This document shows positions 53,320 through 64,000 of a stretch of DNA of 64,000 nucleotides, piece by piece. Below the pieces are notes generated by a model. That model made no database searches and had not been told where the DNA came from. It saw only the letters and a list, made by a program, of their open reading frames with translations. Both the position numbers and the translations under genes were made by a program. Each line of letters begins with the position of its first letter. The stretch's first letter is position 1. The DNA is from Euprymna scolopes (Eukaryota). The stretch lies in the NCBI GenBank assembly GCA_053919585.1, contig CM132805.1. One strand, 5' to 3'.

Positions 53320-56300
53320 GAATTATTAAAGAAGAAGATAAGTGTATTAATTGTAGGCCTAGCTAAGCTCTTGAAAACCTTCACTTAACCTACAAATTGA
53401 TGCCCCGGCTACAAACAGACATACACAGATCCTTTACTATGACTGAAACAGAGTGCTCCAATGCTGTTTTTGTTCGGGTGCCGCCATTCATAGAAACTGC
53501 CGCCAATGGATTGTTCGCCATGATTAAAGCCCAATTCTTGATTCGAAACATCACAGTAGAAGCCACTAAATTCTAACATGTAATCTCCAACTTGCCACCA
53601 GAACTTGTAGCACAATTACCTCCAAGTCTACAAGAAAAGAGAAGCTACGAGGAATTAAAAGTTGCCGTCATTAATATCTACGAGAAAACCAAACCTGAAT
53701 TATTGAGTCAATGAGGGAAACTAAAATGACCGGTAGACCCTCACACTCTCTACGAAAATTAATGACAACTGCTAATTAATCGGCGTAGGTGATGATTTAG
53801 TGAAGCATAGATTCATGAAAGCCCTGTCACCCACAATCACGCCCGTAATAGCTGCTCAAAAGGGCCTCACTTTGGAACAACTAGGTAACCTGACCAATCA
53901 ATTAATGCCGATACTGCTAAAAGAGGCTAAGTAAACTTTGTTAATCAGCAAAGTACTCCAAAGACATCTACAAATCAAACTAGTAACTCTAACCAAATTC
54001 CCTTTGGCCTTCGACCATTCGGAGCTAATTAGAAACCGAAAGTATGCCGCGGTCATTTATACTTCGGCTGCAATTCACGTTCATGTAAACCGCGGCGTAA
54101 GTAGCCTAAACAAACGCAATTGTCAAATACAACCAAGTTCTAGGTCATCATCACCAGATCCTGTATCTAAGCCTAATTTGGAAAACTTATACGGCGGATT
54201 GCTTTCGCAACCTCCGGCCCGCCTTTGGTAGAAGTTGAAGCAAAAGTCGTTGCACAAAAATTAATTTTATCATCGATACTGGCGCAACAGTATCTATACT
54301 GCCACGAGATTATTATCTTAAATCCAACTCCAGTAAGACTAACCACAGCTAATGGGCAAAATATTGAAGTATTTTAGTGAAGCTTTAGTTGAAATTAGTA
54401 TCTACGCTTTACGCCGCACATATTCTTGGACTTTTGTCATTGCCAATATTCTAAATTCTATTCTCGGCTTCTACTTCTTATTATATTTCGGAATACTAAT
54501 TGGCTGTAAAAATAAATTAATACTCGATTCAAACACCAAGTTTGCTCAACAAGTGTACATTATCAATCCAGTCAATCAGAAAGTATATATTAATAAAATT
54601 AAAAATCAACATCCCGAAATCCAATCCATACTGAGAGAATTCAATTCTCTAATTTTACCAAGAGCAAAATATGATGTCAATTACAACTCAAAAGTGGAGC
54701 ATCACATCGACACAGGGAACAACAAGCCAACCTTTTGTAAAGTTCGTCACCTGTCGAAGGAAAACTTTGATGCTGCTAAAAAGGAATTCACAACTTTATT
54801 ACAGGCAGGAATTATTAGACAATCTATCTCGCCATAAGCATCACCACTCCATATGGTACCAAAGAGTACGCCTAGTTAATGGAGAGCTTGTGGTGATCAT
54901 GGATTCCTTAATGCAATCACAAAACCCGATCAGTATTCTGTCCCACATGTATAAAGTATTTCTTCTAAGCTGAAAAATAAAGTGTTTTCAAAACTGGACT
55001 TATTGAAAGCATACCATCATATACCTGTAAATAACGATGATATACAGAAACACTTATTGAAAGCATACCATCATATACCTGTCAATGAGGATGATATACA
55101 GAAAATTTCAGTCGTAATTCTTTTTGGTGCGTATAAGTATTTATGCCTTTCGGACTTCGAAACGTTGGAGTTTCCTTTCATGGAAAATATATTTCTGAAT
55201 TAAGAGTGTGTATTTATTTATATCGACGATTTGTGGATAATGGCTGAATAAGAAACATTTCATATAGAAGATTTAAAATGCTTTTTCCAAAATCTCCAAG
55301 AGAATAATCTAAAATTATCCCTTAATAAATGTGAATTTTTCAAGTCCTCTTTGAACTATTAGGATTCAATATTAGCCCGGAAGGACTGAGACCTACTACA
55401 GAAAAAAATAGCAGACATTTCCCCGAACCTAATGAATCAGCATCGTTGCGGAGATTTCTTGGAATGATAAATTTTTATAGAAAATTAATTCCGAAATTTG
55501 CTGATATAGTGTTACCACATAGTGAATTTAATAAGTTACACCCTAAAAACACATCATTTAAATTTAGTGAAGCTGAAAGAAAATCTTTTACTGAAATGAA
55601 CAATTTTTTAGGTAATATAACTTCCCTTCCTCATCCTATCTCAAGTGTTACCAATTATCATTTAGTGACTGACAGTCCTAATTTTGCTGTTGGTGCTTGT
55701 TTGCATCAGATTGTAAAAGCTGAGCATATTCCCATATGTTTTTTCTCTAAGAAATTGAACGACAGTCAAAGGAAGTTTTCTACGTTTGATCGTGAATTAC
55801 TAGCCGCTTATCTGACCGAACTTCATTTCAAGTCACATATTGAAGGAAAACAGATATATTTATTCACAGATCAAAAACCTTTGGTGTCAGCCTATAAGAA
55901 ATCAACACCCATGAAATCTGACAAACAACAACGTTATTTGTCTGTATTTACAGAATATGTGGCTGATATTATATATATACGAGGAAGTGAAAATATCGTT
56001 GCTGACTGCTTTTCTCGTCCTACCAATGCAGTTTCTATAGATGTATTTGATCTCCCTGCCTTGGTTGAACAACAACAAACAGCTGATGATAAAATTAATA
56101 ATTATTCTGATTCTTATTAGTCCTACAAATGTTCGAGATTCAGAACTCTTATGTGACGTTTCAACGCCGTACCCTCGTCCTTTTGTACCCAAGTAATCAA
56201 AGAGAGCTATCTTTGATCAATCTCATACTCCATCACATCCATGAACAAAAGCATCATAAATATTGATAAAATCAAGATTTTATTGGCCTAGAATAGATAA

Positions 56301-57400
56301 AATCATAAGACAATATGTCAAGGAATGTCTCAACTGTCAGAAATACAATGTTACGAGACATACACTCTTCAGCTGAGTCATTCAATCTACCTTCGAGTCG
56401 ATTGGAAACGATGCATCTTGACATAATGGGCCCTCTTAATCAAGTAACGCCTAAAAATTTTACGTTTCCATCATCTACCAGATATATTCTTATATGTATT
56501 GATAGGGCTGCACGGTGGGTTGAAGCCACACCTATGCCTTACATTACAGCAGAAGCTATTGCAATACCCTTTCTATATACCTTGGTCTCTAGATTTGGAG
56601 TGCCTCTCTATCTATTAATTGATACAGGAGGACAGTTCGACAGTGAACTTTTTAGTCAACTATCTGAACTTTTGGGATTCAATCATTTGCGTACGAGGAG
56701 TTATCATCCTCAATCAAACGGTATAATCGAGCATATACACCGCACATTAAAGTCGGCTATTGTTGCTCGAAAACAAAACTGGATGCATTGCCTATTATTC
56801 TGCTAAGTATGAGAAATATATAAAATGCGGATAATTATTCACCATCTGTAGCAGTAATTGGAAAATCCTTACTTGCACCAAGACCAATGATTGATAATGA
56901 ATTTTCAGAAGTTTCTTATCCAAAAGTTAAGATTTTAGCAGGAGAAATGCAGAAGTTAGACCTCAAACTACTATCTGAAGGCCGAATTCACTCTTCCCCT
57001 AAGTCATATATCATAACTGGTCTAGGAACATGTACTACTGTGCGGATACGTGTCGACCGCGTTCGTCGTCCACTCGAAGCTCCTTATACGGGTACTTATA
57101 AAGTTCTCCAAAGATATCAAAAATACTTTACAATGAAATTAAATTTTGGTAAGAGTTATACAGTTTCGGTGGATCGTTTGAAGCCAGTATATAATAAGTA
57201 TTTTGAAAATAGACACATCTCTGCTGAAACCGCACTGTTTGGGGACAGTAGCAACGAGGTGCGAAACGAGTGGAGAATACGCATAGCACAGAGCATTCAG
57301 AAATAGCCAACCATTTTAGTACTGACCACACTCAGCGTTGTTTAACTTCGGTGCAGGTGTGTCAACATGAACTATGCTGTATGTTATTTAACCTCTGCAA
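53320..57400 (+). mobile_element. Ty3/gypsy LTR retrotransposon (CsRn1/Boudicca-like), decayed gag-pol
   Basis: LTR end ..AACCTACA at 53394 followed by PBS-like TGATGCCCCG. Gag VPPF..AQF..IT..TKF; protease IDTGATVSILP; RT ASPLHMVPK and YIDD; RNase H VTDS..VGA and FDRELLA; integrase HLDIMGP and YHPQSNG; GPY/F-like APYTG. Confidence 0.92.
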
Positions 57401-58538
57401 ATTTGGAACGAGATACGTGATATTTAAGAATAAAACGTAGTATTAAGAGTCAATGTTTTCGCTTAGTTTCTGACTATTTTCTATTTTACCTTGTATTGGT
57501 TTTATGAATAAGTTAATTTGTATGATTTTTTAAAACATTTACTCGATATTTAAACCTACAGATTTTGTGGCGAAGACCGCACTTGAGTTTAGTTTTAATT
57601 TTTACGCAGATAATGACGGTGTGAGATTCTAGGAAAACAACGCATGCCATGAACCTCCGGCAGAATCTGCATTTGAAAAACCTCTAAATACAACTATTTC
57701 GCATACGCACATTGCTTCAAGCAAACTACAAAGTCCTTTTTAGAAAATATAATGTGCCTTGCTTTCTGTAAGACTATTAATTTTTATCTGTATTTTTATT
57801 TAAGTATGGCCGCTTTTTGCCTAACAAGCAATTTTATTTTTGGTGTTTTAGACATTTTAAGAATAGTAAAATCGAATAGATCGACTAGTTATGAAGGGAC
57901 GTATTTTTCAAGCATGGTTGATTTGAGCGAATAGAAAATGTACAAATGTATTTTCGTATTCCTTTATTAACAAAATGTAGGACTCCCGCTGTCAAGGGTT
58001 AGAGGGATATAATTATTAACACTTCATCCATAAGATTTTAATTGGATTTTCACAATGTGAGTATTTTATATATGCTTGGTTTTCCTCTCGCATATAATTA
58101 AGGACTTAATTAGTTTTGGTCACTATATGTGAACGCAGCCCCCTCTCATCGATAACATACATCGACTTTAATAAAGGTTATGTTGTTTCCTCTTCTGCAT
58201 CCTCTCTTTTGGGTGTCTCGTCGTGCTTGACATGGGCAAATGCAGCGGCGTGCTCGTTAGTTCAAAATTATGGAATATAAACAACTGAAAACAAAAAAAT
58301 AAGAGAAACAAAAGACTTTTAAAAATACGTATATATTCGACATGTTATGTAAGTTTTCATTTGATAAACTCGATGGTAACAACTCTTTAAGAAAACGTCT
58401 TCGTCTTAAGTCGAGACTGTGTTCGTAAGTTGACGTCATCTCATCCCGATTTTCTCCGAGCCGCAACTTGTGTTCGATTTCGTCAAAATAACATTCATTC
58501 ATGATCAACACAAACTCTAAGCTTTCCGCGAACTGAAA

Positions 58539-59452
58539 ATACGAGATGCCTACAATAAGTTTCCAGACATTTTTTTCTGAAAAAGCATTTAAAATTGTCG
58601 TACATTGTTGAAAAAAAGTAAATTATTGTCATACATCTTATGAGATGACTGCCCAATTTCTATGATTTTATTTTCAAATTAGCAGATATATCAGAAATTG
58701 TAGTACACCCTATTAACATCGGATTGTCACAGCTAGTGAATTTCAAAAATGTAAACATCTTAAACTTGATAAGATATCACAGTAGTATATTGACTGTTTT
58801 ATGTATATAGTAATGTATGGAATTCTTTTGGACATTTTGAATGATTCGATCATCAGTTCTTGAGTGGCATTAGAGATTTTAGGAAGGCATGGAGTCTGTG
58901 ACGGATTATGAAAGGCTTGAGTAGATTAAGGAAGTCAAAACACTAAATTTACTTGGGCAAATAATGTATTACATGGATAACGAACGTCGGTGTGTCTCTA
59001 GAGACAATGAGTGCACAGTTTGATATCAGTGTAGGAATTGCACACAATTATGCGCTATGAAATGAAGGTGCGTAAGATTTGTGCGACGTTTGTATCAAGG
59101 GTGCTCCAAGTTTGCCACAGACTATTAGACCAAGATGGGCATCAGTACAGATCCTCATTCTTCCTCTAGTCCAGACCTTGTTTCATTTACTTTGCTTATT
59201 TTCTTAGCTCAAGGAAAAAATAAATGGCTGTTGTTATGGGACAATGGAGGAGATTAAAGAAGCTGTGACGAGAGTTATTGACACGCTCATGCAAGAAGAC
59301 TTTAGTGGGGCCATATCAAACTTGTTGGAACTGTACAACAAGTACGTTGCAGCCGGAGGAGATTACATCGATCGGGGGCAAAGTTTTATTGTTATACTTT
59401 CAATAAAAGTGGCCATGCGAAAATTGTCTGGACACTTATTGAAGCCACCTTT
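58539..59452 (+). mobile_element. Mariner (Tc1/mariner) element, decayed
   Basis: TA-flanked TIRs TACGAGATGCCTACAATAAGTTTCCAGAC / GTCTGGACACTTATTGAAGCCACCT. SPDL motif at ~59168 and C-terminus ..YNKYVAAGGDY. Confidence 0.85.
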
Positions 59453-59530
59453 TACTTTTTTGTTGTAGTAAAACATATTGGGCATTCTAAGAGGTTTAGT
59501 CATCTTACTTTGAATACTGTCTCTCTTTCA

Positions 59531-59570
<40 letters not shown>

Positions 59571-59744
59571 ATGTACAGGTATTTTATCTCTGTCACTGGC
59601 ATACATTTATTAACCAATTTCGTTCAGTTTTAGTTTTGTATTCTTGAATTAGCTCCTTACTTCCAATTGTCTTTCTACACAAAAGTACTCTTTATAAACT
59701 TTGTTCTGCCCATGCAGTCAATAATAGATGTTTCATTGAAATTT

Positions 59745-59960
59745 CCGGTGATTAAATGGATGAACATTCATTGGGGCCTGTTAAACCTTTATGACGATGA
59801 TGCAGATTATATGAGAAAATTTAGCATATGCGTCCATCGATATCGATGTGACGACATAGATGTGAAGAAAAAATGCGCTTCAGTCGCTCGTGTACAGCCA
59901 CTAGTCCATCGTTGGAAAAAGTAAATGGAGAATGGTGGTTCATATGTATGAACATTAAAA
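59745..59960 (+). mobile_element. Internally deleted mariner fragment
   Basis: IH..LLNLYDDDA N-terminal remnant joined to LVHRWKK*MENGGSYV C-terminal remnant. Confidence 0.55.
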
Positions 59961-60510
59961 TATAGAGCACCGGTAGTCGTTCGGTTTAATGATACTACTC
60001 CCATCTCTGAAGCACTTTAGTTGTTTTCAGCTTGAAAATAGGAAGCCCACGTGTGTGTACATTATAGTCGAAATAATAACACAAAAAAAGCTCTGGTGTA
60101 AGCAAAGAGATTGTGAGAGATTGATCCCTTGATGTTGGTGTTGAACAGTTCACTCGCAAGCAATTTAAAGACATTTACTTAATGGGTTGAGAGTATTATA
60201 TAAACACGTTTAATTGTTGAACACTTTTACTTGGATAACTGATGTAGCGCTTTTATATTATATTGGATAATTTCCTTTTTTCTTTATAAATCTTGTCCAA
60301 CAAGAAGGTTCGCCATTGCTTGACACATTCAATTTCCTTACATTTTGATCAATATGGAACCACACGCCGTCCTTATAGTCGATCTTATTCACTTCCGGTT
60401 ATTTCGTTAAAGTTGTCTCCAATAGTTTGGTAGTGGGAGTTTAATGATAGTCAAGGCAAAAAAAAATTGTCTTCGAACCTCTTCTATTTTGCTCGTTTTT
60501 AACAGAAAAA

Positions 60511-61060
60511 ACACTTATCAAGGCTCTAAGTCTACTCGAGAATAAGGGTTAATGGGTTTACATAGTCAATAAATAATATCGTAGCAATCGTTGGTAGTGA
60601 AAATTTGGTGAATTGGATTAATTAAGGGGACGGTTCATCAATAACTTGTTTAAATTTAACTTGATGAACATATTGTAATCGGCTGGGTGCAAGGAAACGG
60701 AAGAGAGTTACACATACGTTCAGATTATTAATTAAATCTACGTTAAGGTTTAGGCACATATAAAGACTGGGGGAAGTTATTGATAGTGGTTTCGGCTAGA
60801 CAAGTGTTTTTTTTTTTTTCGTGAAAGTTTGGCCAGGGGGTCATAGATTGGAGCTCAGATGAGCACTTGCTATGAAAATAACGATAAAGAAGGGGCAGAC
60901 ATGCAACTTCTCTTCTGTAGAAAAGACGTTGCACGAAAGAGAAAAGGGCATTTCCCACAAGTCTACAAAGTCTGTTTTGAACGCTCTAAATGCAATACTA
61001 GGCCTTTCTAGCAATTACTGTCCAGATGTGGCAACAGCACTTTATCTTAGACTCTTATAC
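60511..61060 (-). mobile_element. 3' fragment of the same CR1-group LINE family
   Basis: RREVACLPLLYRYFHSKCSSELQS on the minus strand; 3' end is the reverse complement of AACCCTTAT..TTGATAAGTG. Confidence 0.88.
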
Positions 61061-61899
61061 TAAAATTATATTTGTTTTTATCCACTTATATATATTGTGT
61101 AGTAAAAGATATTATTAGTAGTATACGTAGCTCTTCATATATCAAAATCATTTCATAGAGTTTATCATGCATCAGCTTTCCTACTACAGAATTGGTGGGA
61201 ATGTCCCTATTACGATAACCTTTCTCTCTGAATGGAATACGGAATAAAAAAAGTAGAGTATAAGACAACTATAAGATTAATACACTACGCCAACATGCCA
61301 TCTGCAAGTACTTAGAAGCGTTGTAGATATACAGCATCAAATCAATAAACATTGAAATAGAAAGTCTAATTAGAATCCTTTAAAAGTACCGTTGACAGAT
61401 TAGACAAATGTAGAACTGAGACATTTCGAAAAACTAATGACAATGAATAATGCATCAAACACTAATAAAGGATTCTGACCGACTGCGTAAAAATTAATAA
61501 AAAGAAAAAGCACGAATAGAGTGACACAAGGAAAACAATTAAAAAAATACATAACACAGAACACGTGACAGCTAATCGCCGCAACAAAAAGACATTCAAA
61601 AAAGAAACAAGACAGAAAACAGAGATGCAAGAGATTAGACCAGCATTTAAAAAAAACTGGAAGCGAAACCAATACATGGAGGATTAATTAGGATTACAAC
61701 AGATGAAACTCACAAAACATTGAGACATGCCTACAAAAAACAACACTTAAAACGAGAAATTTAATCAATAATAACAGCCGCACAAAATTACATAATTAGA
61801 ACCGATTATATCAAAGCAAAGATCAACAAGACATAAATAAACAACAACTGCAAACATTATGGATAAATTGACGAAATGAATAATTACATAATATATGAA

Positions 61900-62340
61900 T
61901 GCATCCAATGAACCCTAATAAAATATAAGAATAGTAACCGTCATGTCGGGGAAGGCAGTACTTTGGGAGCTATGAAGAGAACTGCTTTTAACAGCCCGAA
62001 AAAATGTGCAAACACATGTCAGCAGCAAAACATGTAAACGGAAATCATAAAGTCTAATAATATACAAAGAGCTAACCCCATCAAAGAAACGAGATCGAAT
62101 CTCGTCATAATTTACAAGAAGAAAAAGTTGTTCCAGATCGCTTATTTTGCAATTCCAACAAACAACAGGTTCAATATCAAGTAGACTGGGAAGCAAAGCA
62201 AATCTAAAAAACGTCCCAGTGATATGAAAGTTTTATGAAAGATGAAGAAAGTAAGAAAAAAACACGAATAATAGTAAGTATTTCTAATGAAATAAGAGAG
62301 ATTGGAAACAGTTGAGCAGCTACGAAACTACAAGACGGAA
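61900..62340 (+). pseudogene. Possible LINE ORF1 (RRM-type) remnant
   Basis: ETRSNLVII...SRLGSKANLK.RPV motifs across frameshifts. Confidence 0.35.
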
Positions 62341-62719
62341 TAATAAACATGGTTTACATATTAAGGAATGGCCTGGAATGCAGAGATAAATACACATGAG
62401 TAAAAACGATACAAAAAAGCAACAGAAACCAAACTAAAATATAACACGAAATCAATGAAAAATACACCATATAATTTTATGCTTATATTTATATTTTCAA
62501 AAATATTGTACCGTCGACATAAAGTAGCATCATAACAATAGTCTGGGAGTGTCAAGGAGAACGGAAAGACCAAGAAAAAGAAAACAGTAATTAAACATAA
62601 CCTTGATTAGTAGGAACTAGGAATGGGTAATAGCCACACGAATTCCAGTGAAGGCCAATGATCGTTGCCTAAAAAGAATAAATAGTGAACGCCTCTTGCG
62701 ATAATGCAATTTATGTTTG

Positions 62720-63000
62720 TTTATTTTTTGTTTTACGGCATATCAACCCTTTTCAGGTTATTTAATGCCGAATCCAGTGATTTCGAAGAACGATTATTTA
62801 ATAGAGTATATTTGTTTTTTTGTTGTTTTAAGTTAGTTTCTATTTAACCCATAGTTGTGACCCTAACAGATACTACCACTCCGAGCCAGAGTGGACCTGG
62901 GAGCAATGACAATTAAAGGGTGGCTCCAGACTCCCCAAAGCCCGCAAGCTGGGGCCTCACCATCGGATATAGTTTAAGGTCATATGCAGGACCGATAATT
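62720..63000 (+). repeat. Dispersed repeats resembling abundant octopus interspersed elements
   Basis: GGCATATCAACC..GGTTATTTAATGCC and ACCCTAACAG..CCACTCCGAGCCAGAGTGGACCTGGGAGCAATG; recognised from memory only. Confidence 0.5.
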
Positions 63001-63139
63001 CAATGTAATTTGCAAATGTAATCAAAATAGCTGGAACATACGTTATATCTGGAAATATTGGTTCTTGTGTTCTAGCAAACACACAGGTTGTTTCCAGAGA
63101 GAAGTATTTGATGATGGCCTGTTTGAAAAACCTCAATGA

Positions 63140-63230
63140 ATACAAATAATAATAATAATAACATTAATAATAATAATAAGTATTATTATTATTATGATTA
63201 TTATTATTATTATTATTATTGTTATTATTA
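63140..63230. repeat. Head-to-head (AAT)n/(TAT)n microsatellite
   Basis: Direct reading. Confidence 0.9.
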
Positions 63231-63768
63231 TACCTTTCAAATATACCAAACATTTATATATGTGCAGAGAAACCAAAGTAATTTAGTAACACAAAAAAAG
63301 AAGAGATTTGAAGAAACAGTTATTTGGCTTGACTATCATTAAACTCACACTATCGAACCAACAGAGAGAGATTTAACGTTAGGACAGTAAGTGGATAGGA
63401 TATACGACAACAGCGGCGTTTGCTTCCGGAAGATTCCGTATTGAAGAACAATAGAAGGAAATTGAATGTGTCAAGCAACGGTGAAACTCGCTGTTAAACA
63501 ACGGTTTATAAAGAAAAAAAAAGAGAAAATACACAATATGCGATAAAAAAGTTACAAGTAGCAATCAGTCATTCGAGTAATAGTGTATACCAATTAAAGT
63601 TGTTTATAACATTCTATCAATTTGTTCAGTAACTTTCTTTCAATCGCTTGAGAGCAGACTGTCCAATACTAACATCCCAAGGTCAATCTCTTACACTATG
63701 TTTGTCTACGGCAGAATTTCGTGTTTTACTCTTTCGCCTAGAACAAACGGACATGTTCGTTTGTGTTG

Positions 63769-64000
63769 TACGAAGGTCGTTCCAAAAATTAATGTATTCT
63801 TTTGTTAACTAAAAACAAGTTAAAGTGCTACAAAGACAGTAGTGGTACCATTAGAAGGGATACCATTTAGTCACCAGCATTCTGAATTTATTTTTCAAAG
63901 GAAGGGATGGAAGCTAAGCCTGAACGTTTAAGGCGCTATTTGTCACTCGATTTTTTATTGTCAGTCTGAAATAAACAAACCCATCTCTTAATTAATTGTG
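63769..64000 (+). mobile_element. Left end of a mariner element
   Basis: TA+CGAAGGTCGTTCCAAAAATTAATG is complementary to the TIR-like end at 51580-51604. Confidence 0.55.

Overview
AT-rich eukaryotic, repeat-dominated 64 kb window with many (TA)n, (CA)n and (ATT)n microsatellites. Several dispersed repeats resemble ones I recall from octopus genomes, so an octopod cephalopod source is an inference only. No host protein-coding gene can be firmly supported. Contents: a 2.6 kb tandem duplication; a collapsed Ty1/copia (GalEa-like) relic; a Chapaev3-type DNA transposon with TIRs and a TAA target-site duplication; a 6.6 kb satellite of 111-120 bp units; two full-length, decayed CR1-group LINEs with no ORF1, plus two 3' fragments; a decayed CsRn1-like Ty3/gypsy element; several mariner relics; Helitron/Helentron-type non-autonomous elements; Penelope-like relics. 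The most notable signal is a dense set of self-cleaving-ribozyme motifs. A family of tRNA-headed (Pol III A/B box) short repeats ends in a type I hammerhead ribozyme with a palindromic stem III. One copy has a perfect core (24645-24699) and another sits in a 331-bp tandem unit (28726-29327), i.e. a retrozyme/Sm-alpha-like ribozyme SINE. Also present are Penelope-type hammerheads, an HDV-like candidate, a conserved pseudoknot at the LINE 5' ends and a U2 snRNA-headed insertion with a 17-bp TSD. All structures were paired by eye, not computed.
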